Assembly (NCBI GenBank): GCA_044344255.1 | Contig: JBIJDH010000003.1 | Location: forward strand, 96,001-160,000 | Origin: Myxococcota bacterium | GTDB lineage: Bacteria; Myxococcota_A; UBA796; UBA2385 | Length of the DNA stretch: 64,000 bases | Reading direction: 5' to 3' | Shown: positions 8,784 through 18,096 of the stretch, piece after piece | How the letters are laid out: every line of letters begins with the position of its first letter | How positions within the stretch are numbered: the stretch's first letter is position 1 | Notes under the pieces: model-generated | The model's database searches: none | Told to the model about the DNA's origin: nothing | Seen by the model: only the letters and a program-made list of their open reading frames with translations | Translations under genes and position numbers: made by a program

Positions 8784-9794
8784 CTAGGCCCGCATCCGGG
8801 CGCCGAGGTCGATCCAGTCGCGCAAGCTACCACCTTCCCCGAGCGCCTGGGCCATGCCGCGGCAGAGGGTCCAGCAGGCCTGGCAGCCGTTGCCGGCGTC
8901 GGCCTCCCGCAGGCGGCGGAGCAGCTCGGGCAGCGGGGTGTCCCGGACGTTGCCGACGGAGCGGTCGATCTTCTCGATGCAGGGCGCCACGTTGCCGAGG
9001 TGGTCGAGGTTGAAGGCCTGGAGCCCCGCCCGACAGCGGGGGAGCGCGGCGCCGCCATCGAGGTAGTCCGGGAAGCCCTCGAGGTAGCTCCCGAAGCTCT
9101 GGAGGTGGCGGTGGCGGTCTCGCAGCGCGGGGAGGCCGGCCACGGCGGCGGCGTCGGGGCGGTGGGCGCCGGCCGGGCCGCGGCGGAAGCCCCCGTCGGA
9201 GAGCAGCGTGAGGTGGTGGCCGAGGCGGAGAGCGGCGCTGAGCTCCAACAGGGGCTCCAGGAGCGTCTGGTTCTCCCGCATCACCACCGTCATGAGGTGG
9301 ACCTGGGCGGCGCCCTTGGCGGAGGCCTCTCGCAGCGCGACGGCGGCGCATCGGGCCTGCTCGAAGGCCCCCGGCGTGCGGCGCATCTCATCATGGCGCT
9401 CGTCGGGAAAGTCGATGGAGACGCCGACCTGGTGGAGCCCCGCCCGGAAGAGGGCCCTCGCCTTGGTTTCGTCTACAAACCAGCCATTGGTATACAGGAT
9501 GGGCAGGTGCCCCTCGTCGGCGAAGATCCTCACGATGTCGATGAGATCGGGGCGGACCAGCGGCTCACCTCCCTCGATGGAGACCAGGAAGGCACCCTCT
9601 TTTGCCAGGGCTCGGGCGAGGCGCTCAAAATCTGCAAGCCGAAGCTCCTCCTTGGGGCTCGCGCCATTGGGCCAGAAGTCACAGAAGGGGCAGGCCATGT
9701 TGCACCGGTTCGTGACCTGCACCAGCACGCTGAAGGGGCGCACCCGGAGGATCCCGGCGGCGAAGTACAGCTCTCGAAGGGAGCGATTCGTCAC
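8784..9794 (-). CDS. Radical SAM protein with SPASM/twitch-type C-terminal domain
   Basis: CNMACPFC, EGGEP, YTNG; C-terminal CRAG...GNVAPC...GNV...CQACWTLC. Confidence 0.88.
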   Translation of the reverse strand: MTNRSLRELYFAAGILRVRPFSVLVQVTNRCNMACPFCDFWPNGASPKEELRLADFERLARALAKEGAFLVSIEGGEPLVRPDLIDIVRIFADEGHLPILYTNGWFVDETKARALFRAGLHQVGVSIDFPDERHDEMRRTPGAFEQARCAAVALREASAKGAAQVHLMTVVMRENQTLLEPLLELSAALRLGHHLTLLSDGGFRRGPAGAHRPDAAAVAGLPALRDRHRHLQSFGSYLEGFPDYLDGGAALPRCRAGLQAFNLDHLGNVAPCIEKIDRSVGNVRDTPLPELLRRLREADAGNGCQACWTLCRGMAQALGEGGSLRDWIDLGARMRA

Positions 9795-9831
9795 CGGTTG
9801 GGCTCCACTGAAGATCGGGCAGGTCTGTCGG

Positions 9832-10500
9832 TCAATAAGGGCTCGGGCTTCGCGCTTCCTGCTCCCATCGCGCCCAGCAGTGCTGACGGATGGCGGGATC
9901 GGGGAAGTTCAAGCATGGATCGGGGGCTCCCGGCGCGAGGCTGGCCGCGGAGATCCCAACACCGGCCGCGAATTCTTTCCAGGTGGCCGCCTCCGGGGAC
10001 AGGGAGATCACGTTGCGGGTCAGCGTATCGAGCACCTCGGGGTGAAGGGGGGACCTGTAAGCGCCACGGCTGGCCCCGGCGATATGGTAGAGACATTGAC
10101 CTTTCATGGACCCTGAACGATCGCATATTTGCAGCACTTCGGCGAGCTTTGCGCTCTGTCCCGACAGGTTTCGGGCGGCCTCCATATGGCACATGTCCTG
10201 GTAACGTGTACTGTGAATATTGTCGCAGAGCTGTTCGGTGCCGCGGGGTCGCGTACTGGTCACGGTGAGCAGCCAACATTGATCTTCCGCATCTTGAGCA
10301 TCCAGTCGCGGGCACAAGGAAGCCAAGTCGTCGGCCGGCAGCGGGGGCACCTGTTGAACGGCGGAGAGCTGGCACCAGTCGCCGGCCTCCGTGTCCAGAT
10401 GTGCGCAGGGCTCGATGAGCGGGACGATAGAGCTGGCGAGCGGTTGGAGGCTGCGACAGGCCCACACCAGGGCCAACAGCCCGCCTGACGCGGCCCTCAT
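9832..10500 (-). CDS. Cys-rich repeat exported protein or lipoprotein, hypothetical
   Basis: ATG 10500 in an ATGA overlap; signal ending VWAC; about five C-x8-10-C helical repeats (e.g. LCDNIHSTRYQDMCH). Confidence 0.6.
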   Translation of the reverse strand: MRAASGGLLALVWACRSLQPLASSIVPLIEPCAHLDTEAGDWCQLSAVQQVPPLPADDLASLCPRLDAQDAEDQCWLLTVTSTRPRGTEQLCDNIHSTRYQDMCHMEAARNLSGQSAKLAEVLQICDRSGSMKGQCLYHIAGASRGAYRSPLHPEVLDTLTRNVISLSPEAATWKEFAAGVGISAASLAPGAPDPCLNFPDPAIRQHCWARWEQEARSPSPY

Positions 10501-10856
10501 TGGGGTTGTTGCCACAAATGAGGGCGGTTCCATTGACTGGAGCAGCGCTGAGAGGGGATCTCGGGCAACGTGGCACAGAGCGTGTTCATCGTATCTGTAT
10601 CGAGGCCGGGCGGGTGGAGGGCGACGAGGCGCTGAATCGCGGCACCGCGCAGCAGTGGATCTTCGATAGTATAGACTAGAGCGACCGCATCGGCGGTGCG
10701 GGCCTGCTCTGCGGCGGTCGTGACGGCCTCGAAGGTGCATCGGTCGCGGGTGGGGGTGTCGGTGGGGGCGGTACAGTCGGGGGTGGCTTCCCCACAGCCC
10801 AGGCCGAGGGCGAGCAGGAAACCCCACGGCACATGGCAGGCAGCGACACGATTCAT
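10497..10856 (-). CDS. Small Cys-containing lipoprotein, hypothetical
   Basis: ATG 10856 overlaps the cyclase stop; FLLALGLGC lipobox; C-terminal NRPHLW. Confidence 0.6.
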   Translation of the reverse strand: MNRVAACHVPWGFLLALGLGCGEATPDCTAPTDTPTRDRCTFEAVTTAAEQARTADAVALVYTIEDPLLRGAAIQRLVALHPPGLDTDTMNTLCATLPEIPSQRCSSQWNRPHLWQQPQ

Positions 10857-12727
10857 CCCTTCGAGGCCCCTCTTCCGGATAGGGTTCCGAGCTTGGTGAG
10901 CCGCATCTCGCCCTTCAGCCCCTTCAATTGACGCTCGACATAGACCGTGGGGAGGCCGGTCGCCTCCACGATGGTGGCGACTCGCGGATCGGCGTCGATG
11001 GCGGGGGTCCACACGACCTCCCCGCTGCCGGCCACCCCCTGCGCGCGGGCGGCGGTGTTGACGGTGCCCCCGAAGTAGTCGATGCCAGCGGCGTCGGTGT
11101 GCACCGCGAGCACCGGGCCGACGTGGAGGCCCACCTTGAGGCGGGGCGCCACCTGGAGCCCGCGCTGCTCGATCCAGGTGTTGAAGGCCGCCTGCATCGA
11201 GAGCGCGGCGCGCAGCGCGGTGGGGCCGTCATGAAAGGCCGCCATGACGGCGTCGCCGATGGTCTTGACCACCGTGCCCCCCTCGGCCGACACCACCGCC
11301 TCGAGCACCGCGAAGTGGTCGCGCACGAGCGCGTAAGCGCCGGCGTCGCCCATCTCCTCGTACATGGCGGTGGAGTCCGAGAGGTCGGTGAAGACGAGGG
11401 CCACGCTGCGCACGGAGATGCGCGTGTTGGGGGCCAGCACCTGGTGCCCCATCCGCTTGCGGAAGCCGGGCAGGGTGGTGAGCCGGGCGGCGGGGATCCG
11501 CTCATCCTCTCCGCCCACGCGGGTGAGGTAGACGCGGGCGCGCCCGGGGCCGTCGTTCTCGAAGCTCAGCGGCACCCGCCCGGGGGCGGTGAGCTGGGCC
11601 TCCCCGGCCGCGCTGGCCCGCCAGGCGATCGGCCCGCTGTGGGCGCCCTCGCGCACGACGACCGAGGCGTCGGGGCGGTCGCCGCCGGGGCCGAGGCGCC
11701 ACTCACCGGTCGGGAGCTCGATGGTGGCCTCCTGTTGCCCGCCCTCGGGGAGGGTGAAGACCGCGTATTGGGAGGGCGCCCCCCCGGGGTACATCGTGCA
11801 GAAGCGCTCGGTGGTGCGGGTGAGCACGCTCGGGTGCGGCGCGAAGAGGACCTCCACGTTCTCGCCGAGGTCGCTCTGGAAGTCGATGCGACAGGCGGAG
11901 CACGTGGCGTGGTCGGCGATGTCGGAGAGGGTGGTGCTGGCGGCCACCTCTCCGTAACAACGCACGCAGCGCACGCTCCAGTAGAGCTCGAGGGCCCCCG
12001 CCTCGACACCTGCGAGGAGGGCGTTGAGCACGAGGTCGCGGTCCATGCCCCAGCGCTGCGCGAGGGCGTAGCCGCGGAGCTGGCGCAGCTCGGTGGGGTG
12101 CGCGGTGGAGAGGTGCTCCTCGATGTGGGCGACGACGTCGGGGTCTGAGACCTGGGCCCAGCGGTCGAGGGCGAAGCGCGCGCCGTCGGGCAGCGGGCGG
12201 ACGGCCTTCGGGGGCGCGGAGAGGGCGTCGAGGGCCGCCTGCCAGCTCCGGGCGATGCCGCGGATCTGCATCTGGGCCACGGGGAGGGCGGGCAGCGCGA
12301 CGTGGAGGGTGAGCGAGATCTCGGGCCGGACGAGGCTGCCCTCTGTGAGGAGCCGGGCCTCGTAGTCGGTCTGCTTGAGGATCGGGCTCCGGACGGTGCG
12401 GACCTGGCGGAAGGCCTCGCCGCGCACCCAAGAGGTGTAGGCCTCCTCGAAGGGCATCCGCATGCCCATCGGGCCGGCGAGGAAGCCCGACATCACGGGC
12501 AGGCCGTCACGCTGGGCCTGGAGCTCCATCGAGAGCACGGCCCCGTTACCGGCCATCTGGTTGAGCCAGTCGGTGTCCCCCACGAGGCGCCAGGCGCGCG
12601 CGCGGGGCACCGCCGGCCCGCGCACCAGCATCCGCACGGCGCGCCCCGCGGCGGCCTCGCGGGGGCCAGGGAGGCGGGAGGCGCTGAGGCTGAGCTCGGT
12701 CGAGGACATCGCGCGGGGGGCCTCCAT
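10853..12727 (-). CDS. Class III adenylate/guanylate cyclase with DUF5939-like N-terminal region
   Basis: FTDLSDST, VKTIGDAVMA, GLHVGP, DYFGGTVNTAAR; CVRC...CSAC zinc-ribbon-like motif. Alternative start at 12709. Confidence 0.88.
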   Translation of the reverse strand: MEAPRAMSSTELSLSASRLPGPREAAAGRAVRMLVRGPAVPRARAWRLVGDTDWLNQMAGNGAVLSMELQAQRDGLPVMSGFLAGPMGMRMPFEEAYTSWVRGEAFRQVRTVRSPILKQTDYEARLLTEGSLVRPEISLTLHVALPALPVAQMQIRGIARSWQAALDALSAPPKAVRPLPDGARFALDRWAQVSDPDVVAHIEEHLSTAHPTELRQLRGYALAQRWGMDRDLVLNALLAGVEAGALELYWSVRCVRCYGEVAASTTLSDIADHATCSACRIDFQSDLGENVEVLFAPHPSVLTRTTERFCTMYPGGAPSQYAVFTLPEGGQQEATIELPTGEWRLGPGGDRPDASVVVREGAHSGPIAWRASAAGEAQLTAPGRVPLSFENDGPGRARVYLTRVGGEDERIPAARLTTLPGFRKRMGHQVLAPNTRISVRSVALVFTDLSDSTAMYEEMGDAGAYALVRDHFAVLEAVVSAEGGTVVKTIGDAVMAAFHDGPTALRAALSMQAAFNTWIEQRGLQVAPRLKVGLHVGPVLAVHTDAAGIDYFGGTVNTAARAQGVAGSGEVVWTPAIDADPRVATIVEATGLPTVYVERQLKGLKGEMRLTKLGTLSGRGASKG

Positions 12728-12883
12728 CGGTCGATCAGGGCACAGGCGGTTGTGGCGGGGGTGGGTTGCGGAGCGGGCTGTGGTTTTACCACGCCCCGTC
12801 CCTGGCCGGCGGCGGGCGCTCGGTCTCCTCCCAAGCTGGCCTGAAGTCCGGGCCTGAACCTCGATGCGCGGGTGATTCGCGGC

Positions 12884-13138
12884 TCAGAGCCGCTCGTCGA
12901 GCCCAATCGCCGCGGCCATCGCGTTCACCGCGCTTTGCCGCTCGCCAAGGACCTCCGTGGAGAGGAGGGCGCTGCGCTGCGCGTCCCGGTAGTGGGTGAG
13001 GATATAGCCGGGCTCCTTCCGGTTTCGCTTGAGCACCCAGATAGAGCCGTCGGGCATGTCCCCGACGACGAGGCCGAGGCCACCGTCGACCGCGTGGGTC
13101 ACGTCGTGGAGGGTGTGCGGATAATAGGGGCGGGGCAT
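12884..13138 (-). CDS. Small hypothetical protein (84 aa)
   Basis: MPRPYYPHTLHDV...GLDERL; protein-like composition with GC3-biased codons. Confidence 0.6.
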   Translation of the reverse strand: MPRPYYPHTLHDVTHAVDGGLGLVVGDMPDGSIWVLKRNRKEPGYILTHYRDAQRSALLSTEVLGERQSAVNAMAAAIGLDERL

Positions 13139-13166
13139 TCGGAACTCGGGCTCGGGAGCGGCTGGG

Positions 13167-13805
13167 AGTAACCACCGGTGTGGTGGACACCAATCAAACA
13201 GCGTGGAAGGATGTCCCGATGCCACGCAAGATCTACACCGCCGCGTACCGGTCTCACCTGGTCTCGCTCGTCCAGCAGGGCCGAACGCCGGAGTCGCTGG
13301 CGAAGGAGTTCGAACCGTCCGCGCCGGCCATCCGGCAGTGGGTGGAGGCGGACGCCGCGGCCTCCCGCGAGGAGGCTCCGGTGGACAAGGACGCGCGCAT
13401 CCGGGAGCTCGAGCGGTTGGTCGGCGCGCTCAAAGAGGAGCAAGAAATACTAAAAAAAGCCGCGGCCTGGTTTGCCTCGGAGAGCGAGTCGGGCCCGAGA
13501 GCGGGTACTCGTTCCTGAAGGCTCACCAGGCCGAGCACGGAGTGGCGACGATGTGCCGGGTGCTGGGGCTCTGCCGCAGCGGCTACTATGTCTGGCTGGG
13601 CGGCGAGGTCTCCCAGCACGCCCGTCGAGACGACGAGCTTCGAAGGGCCATTCTGGAGGAGCACCGGGCCTCCGGTGGCGCATTTGGAGCGGCCCGCCTC
13701 CACGCGATGCTGCAGCGGCGGGGGCTGAACGCGAGCCGGAAGCGGGTGGCCCGCCTGATGCGAGAGGCCGGCATCCAGGGGTTGACCGGGTATCAGGGGC
13801 GATAG
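13167..13805 (+). mobile_element. IS3-family insertion sequence remnant (OrfA plus truncated OrfB, no DDE domain)
   Basis: OrfA HTH/leucine zipper ending EILKKAAAWFA; A7G slippery site at 13452-13459; OrfB begins MCRVLGLCRSGYY...RKRVARLMREAGIQG and stops at 13805; IRL-like GTGGTGGACACC near 13180. Left boundary approximate. Confidence 0.88.
13219..13518 (+). CDS. IS3-family OrfA (transposase N-terminal HTH)
   Basis: MPRKIYTAAYR...AIRQWV...RIRELER...EILKKAAAWF. Confidence 0.85.
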   Translation: MPRKIYTAAYRSHLVSLVQQGRTPESLAKEFEPSAPAIRQWVEADAAASREEAPVDKDARIRELERLVGALKEEQEILKKAAAWFASESESGPRAGTRS

Positions 13806-13814
13806 ACCGTCGCT

Positions 13815-14261
13815 CTATCCGCCCACCGCCACAAATCTCCGCTCCGGCAGCACCACCGCCGTCAGCGCCCCACCCTGGATCGTCCCGGCGCCCGTGTCGA
13901 TCGCCAGGACATGGGGCAGGTTGACGGGCCGCCTCTGCGGGACGTGACCCATGACGACCGGACGATCGACCGGCAACATCTCCCGTGGGTCGTTCGACGC
14001 CCAAAGCAACGTCGCCGGGTGGTGAGCGACCAGGTGTGGCACCACCTCGGGCAGGCTCATCTTCGGGAGGGCCACCGTGGAGGGGATGCCGGCGTGGATG
14101 AGCCAGAAGGGCTCCCCCCCAACCTGGAGGTCGAGGGCGGTGTGCAGGGAGGCGAGCCAGCGCCCATGGGCCTCGGGTACTTTGTCCCGTTGCGGCTCGA
14201 TCTCATTCACCGTGTCGCCGATGACCCCGAAAGAAGAGAGGGTCGGTCGACCCTTCATCAT
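13815..14261 (-). pseudogene. C-terminal half of a PPP/ApaH-type metallophosphoesterase (5'-truncated)
   Basis: Has IHAGI, LLW, VVMGH, IDTGA and GALTA motifs, but the N-terminal GDxHG, GDxxDRG and GNHE motifs are absent and only ~70 bp separate it from the upstream gene. Confidence 0.75.
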
Positions 14262-14334
14262 CGGGCTCAGGGCTGCCCGCGGGAATGGTTGGACGGGCCG
14301 CCCCCGGACTCGACCGAGGCGGTGGAGTCAATCC

Positions 14335-15726
14335 CTATCTGAATTCACCGCCGCGCCAGGCCTGCTCGCCGAGGCGGCGGGTGACGGCCTGGAGCAGGGC
14401 GGGGACGGAGCGGTAGCGGTCGAGGATGCCGATGACGGCGTCGGCGAGGCGGAGGGCCTCGGCCTCGGGGAGGGTGAGGGGCGGCTCGAGCTTGAGCACG
14501 TTCCAGGATAGGGCGCAGGGCTGGGCGATGAAGCCCGCCTCGAGGAGCTCGAGGGCCAGCCACTGGCCGAAGACCTGTCGCGACAGGCGGGACACGAGGC
14601 CGGGGGCGAGGCGCCCGAGGAGGCCGGCGCCGGGCTTTGGGCCGAGGGCCACCCCGATGAGCAGGCCGCGGCCGCGCACCTCGAGCACGAAGGGGTGGTC
14701 GGCGAGGCCTCGGCTCAAGCGGGAGAGGAGGAGCCGCCCCACCCGGTCGGCGGCGGCGCAGAGGTGGTCGGCCTCGAGGATGCGGAGGGTCTCGCGGGCG
14801 GCCTCGGCGGCGAGGGCGTTACCTCCGAATGTGCTGCTGTGCAGGTCGAAGCGGTCCATCGTGCCATAGGCCCGCTTGTGCAGGTCGGCCCGGACGAGGG
14901 CGACGCTGATCGGCGAGACGCCGCCGCTGAGCCCCTTGCCGAGCACGAGGAGGTCGGGGGTCACGCCCTCGGCGGTCGAGGCGAGCAAGGCGCCGGTGCG
15001 GCCGATGCCGGTCTGGATCTCGTCGAGCACGAAGAGGGTGCCGGCGGCCCGGCAGAGGGCGGCGGCCTCGGCGAGGTAGCCGTGGGGGGGCAGGATCACC
15101 CCCGCTTCGGCCTGGATGGGCTCGACGATGAAGGCCGCGTGGGCCTTCCCGGCGAGGGCGGCCTTGAGCGCGGGGGCGTCGCCGAAGGGCACGGCCGCGG
15201 AGGGGAGCAGGGGGCCGAAGGGGGCCCGCATCCGCGCCTCACCCAGGATGGAGAGCGTGGCGAGGCTGGTGCCGTGGTAGCCCCCGGCGCAGTGGAGGAA
15301 GCTCTGGCGGCCGGTCACGAGGCGGGCGAGCTTGAGGGCCGCCTCCACTCCCTCCGCCCCGCCGTTGGCGAAGAGAGAGACGCTGAGCTGATCTCCGGTG
15401 AGGCGGGAGAGGGCCTCGGCCAGCGCGGCGGCCTCGGGGGCCGGCCCGATGTGAGAGAGGTTGACCCGCCCCTCCGTGAAGAAGGCGGCCATTCGGGCGT
15501 TGAGGGCTGGGTGGTTGTGGCCCAGCGGCAGGGCGCCGAAGCCGGAGAGGGCGTCGAGGTAGCGGCGCCCCTGGTCGTCCTCGAGGGTGCAGCCCTCTCC
15601 CCGGGTATAGACCCGACCGTAGCCGAAGACGCCGAGCAGATCGATGAAGGCGGGGTTGATGTGGCGGGCGTGTCGGGCCTCGGTCTGTCGGGCCTCGGTC
15701 TGTCGGGGCTCGTTCGGGCGGCTCAT
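14335..15726 (-). CDS. Class III PLP-dependent aminotransferase (ornithine/putrescine/HpnO-like)
   Basis: ATG 15726 in an ATGA overlap; YLDALSGFG, LGHNHP, EPIQAEAG, DEIQTGIGRTG, GKGLSGG. Confidence 0.92.
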   Translation of the reverse strand: MSRPNEPRQTEARQTEARHARHINPAFIDLLGVFGYGRVYTRGEGCTLEDDQGRRYLDALSGFGALPLGHNHPALNARMAAFFTEGRVNLSHIGPAPEAAALAEALSRLTGDQLSVSLFANGGAEGVEAALKLARLVTGRQSFLHCAGGYHGTSLATLSILGEARMRAPFGPLLPSAAVPFGDAPALKAALAGKAHAAFIVEPIQAEAGVILPPHGYLAEAAALCRAAGTLFVLDEIQTGIGRTGALLASTAEGVTPDLLVLGKGLSGGVSPISVALVRADLHKRAYGTMDRFDLHSSTFGGNALAAEAARETLRILEADHLCAAADRVGRLLLSRLSRGLADHPFVLEVRGRGLLIGVALGPKPGAGLLGRLAPGLVSRLSRQVFGQWLALELLEAGFIAQPCALSWNVLKLEPPLTLPEAEALRLADAVIGILDRYRSVPALLQAVTRRLGEQAWRGGEFR

Positions 15727-18083
15727 GTCATTCGGCGCCGGAGGGTGGGGGCGAGCAGGAGGGGGAGCAGGCAGGTGCTGGCCAAGGGGAGCAGGCGCCA
15801 CTCGAGGGTGAGCTCGCCGGTGGGCTCCACCAGCACGACGTTGGCGAGGGCGAAGGAGATCACCGCCGACAGCATCCCGGGCGCGGCGCCATAGACCGTG
15901 GCCACCCAGAGGAGGGAGATCCCATAGAGGGCGAGGGCGGGCGCGCCCGTGACGGCCTTGAGGGTCGCGAGGACGCCGGTGGTCGCGTAGGGCACGATGA
16001 GGGCGACCATGAGGTCGCGCAGGCGGAGGGAGGGCGGCGGCGGGGCGGTCAGGGCCGCGGGCCCCGGAGAAGGGGCGCTCAGCGGGGCGCTCCGCGGGAC
16101 CTCGGCGCCGACCTCGGGGCCCACACGGAGGAGCCGCTCGGCTTGGACGAGCTGATCGGCCGTGCCGGCCAGGACGAGCAGCGTCCCTTGTCCGAGGGCC
16201 TGCTCGGGATCGGGGGTCGAGCGCACCACCTCCTGCTCGCTGGCGGCGATCACCAGCGCGCCGGTGCGGCGGCGGAGGTCGATGTCCCGGAGGCTGCGCC
16301 CGAGGCCCCAGTGACCCTCGCCGAGCTCGAGCACGCGGGTCGAGAAGGCGGTGAGCAGCGCCGTCGGCGAGACCTGGGGTGCCCCGTCAGGGCCGCGGGC
16401 GCTGCGGGACTCCTGGGCCGCCTGGGCGAGGACCTGTCCGTGGATCCCGGCGCTGTGCAGCACATGGAGGACGAGGTCGGCGGCCGCGGACTCGTCCTCG
16501 GCGATCACCACCACGCCGGGGAGTGCGACGAGACTGGCATCCCGCTCCATCCGCTGCACCCGGATCACCAGCGGGACGGTGGGGTGACGAGCGCGGAGGA
16601 GCGCGGCGATGTGCCCGGCGGCGGCGGGGTCCGAGAGCATTAGCACCACCTGCCGGGCCCCCCCGACGTAGGCGACGTGCTCGAGGGCCTCGGGGCTCGT
16701 GAGGTCGGCGTAGGCGGCGTCCCAGCCGCGGTCCCGGGCGGCGGACACCTCGACCAGATCGAGGTCGACGGCGAGGAAGGGCACGCCCGCGGCCTCGAGC
16801 GCCCGCCCCAGGGTGCGCCCGCCGTGCCCGAGGCCGCCGATGACGACGTGGCCCGTCCGAACCGGGTGTGGCGCGTGGTCGGAGGGGGTGTCGGTGTTGC
16901 CGAGCCTCCGCTCGAGCGGGCGGAGGAGGGCCACGCCCGCGGCGACGCGGGGGCTCTGCGCCACCAGGATGGGCGAGACGATCATCGTGATCACGCTGGC
17001 GGCGAGGAAGGCGGAGGCGGCCCCTTCGCTGATCAGGCCTTGATCTTCGGCGGCGCGGATGAGCACGAAGGAGAACTCCCCGATCTGGGCGAGGCTGAGG
17101 CCCGTCAGCAGCGCCACCCGCAGGGGGAAGCGCATCAGCAGCACGCCGAGGGCGGCCAGCGCCAGCTTGCCCACGACCAGCATCAGCACGAGGGCGCCGA
17201 TGAGCACGGGCTCTTCGACCAGGATGCGAGGGTCGAGGAGCATGCCGATCGAGACGAAGAAGACGCTGGCCATGGCGTCGCGGAAGGGGGAGACCTGGGC
17301 GGCGATGGTGTGGGCGAACTCGGTCTCGGCGATGATCACCCCCGCCAGAAAGGCGCCGAGGGCGATCGAGAGCCCGATGCTGGCGGTGGCCCACGAGACG
17401 GCCGCGGCGATCAGCAGCGCGCTGAGGATGAAGACCTCGCGGCTGTTGGCCCGGGCGACGCCGCCGAGGAGGGCGGGCACCACCTTGCCGGCCACCACGA
17501 GGCCGCCCACGACCACCATGACCGCCTGCCCCATGGTCTCGGCGAAGGTCCAGATGGTGCCGCCCGCTCCGGCGAGCATCGGGATCGCGAGCATCATCGG
17601 GACGATGCAGAGGTCCTGGAAGATCAGGACCCCGACCACGAGCTTGCCGTGGGGGGCGTTGACCTCACCGCGCTCCGAGAGGGACTGGAGCACGATGGCC
17701 GTGCTCGACAGGGCGGCGACGAAGCCCCAGGCCACGCCCTCCGCTGGCGCCACGCCGAAGGCCACCGCGCCGAGCACCCCGGCGAGCACGGTCAGGCCGA
17801 CCTGCAGCGTCCCGCCCACGGCTACGAAGCGCGCGATCGGGCGGAGCCGGTCGAGCGAGAACTCGAGGCCGATGGTGAAGAGCAGCAGCGCGACCCCGAG
17901 CTCGGCGATCACCTCGACGGTGTGCAGATCGGAGACGAGCCCGAGCGCGTGGGGGCCGATGAGGAGGCCGGCCACGAGGAAGCCAACGATGGGGGGCAGC
18001 CCGATCCGGCGCAGCCCCACCACCGCGAGGACGCCGCTCAGGAAGACGACGACGAGGTCGCGGAGCAGGTCCTGCAGGTTCAT
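15723..18083 (-). CDS. CPA2/KefC-like cation:proton antiporter with TrkA-N, TrkA-C and an extra C-terminal membrane domain
   Basis: LLFTIGLEFS, LSSTAIV, FQD, LAQIGEFSF; GLGHGG in the KTN domain; RCK-C LRRRTGALVIA; DUF4118-like hydrophobic tail. Confidence 0.9.
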   Translation of the reverse strand: MNLQDLLRDLVVVFLSGVLAVVGLRRIGLPPIVGFLVAGLLIGPHALGLVSDLHTVEVIAELGVALLLFTIGLEFSLDRLRPIARFVAVGGTLQVGLTVLAGVLGAVAFGVAPAEGVAWGFVAALSSTAIVLQSLSERGEVNAPHGKLVVGVLIFQDLCIVPMMLAIPMLAGAGGTIWTFAETMGQAVMVVVGGLVVAGKVVPALLGGVARANSREVFILSALLIAAAVSWATASIGLSIALGAFLAGVIIAETEFAHTIAAQVSPFRDAMASVFFVSIGMLLDPRILVEEPVLIGALVLMLVVGKLALAALGVLLMRFPLRVALLTGLSLAQIGEFSFVLIRAAEDQGLISEGAASAFLAASVITMIVSPILVAQSPRVAAGVALLRPLERRLGNTDTPSDHAPHPVRTGHVVIGGLGHGGRTLGRALEAAGVPFLAVDLDLVEVSAARDRGWDAAYADLTSPEALEHVAYVGGARQVVLMLSDPAAAGHIAALLRARHPTVPLVIRVQRMERDASLVALPGVVVIAEDESAAADLVLHVLHSAGIHGQVLAQAAQESRSARGPDGAPQVSPTALLTAFSTRVLELGEGHWGLGRSLRDIDLRRRTGALVIAASEQEVVRSTPDPEQALGQGTLLVLAGTADQLVQAERLLRVGPEVGAEVPRSAPLSAPSPGPAALTAPPPPSLRLRDLMVALIVPYATTGVLATLKAVTGAPALALYGISLLWVATVYGAAPGMLSAVISFALANVVLVEPTGELTLEWRLLPLASTCLLPLLLAPTLRRRMT

Positions 18084-18096
18084 GGGGCCCCGGGGC

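Noticed and set aside
8784..13138. RiPP system (SPASM rSAM plus a small ORF as precursor)
   Set aside because: No RRE domain, adjacent precursor-like peptide or peptide exporter; the rSAM is tightly linked to FAS-type genes.
13167..13805. Active IS3 element
   Set aside because: OrfB ends before the DDE domain; no right inverted repeat or target duplication found.
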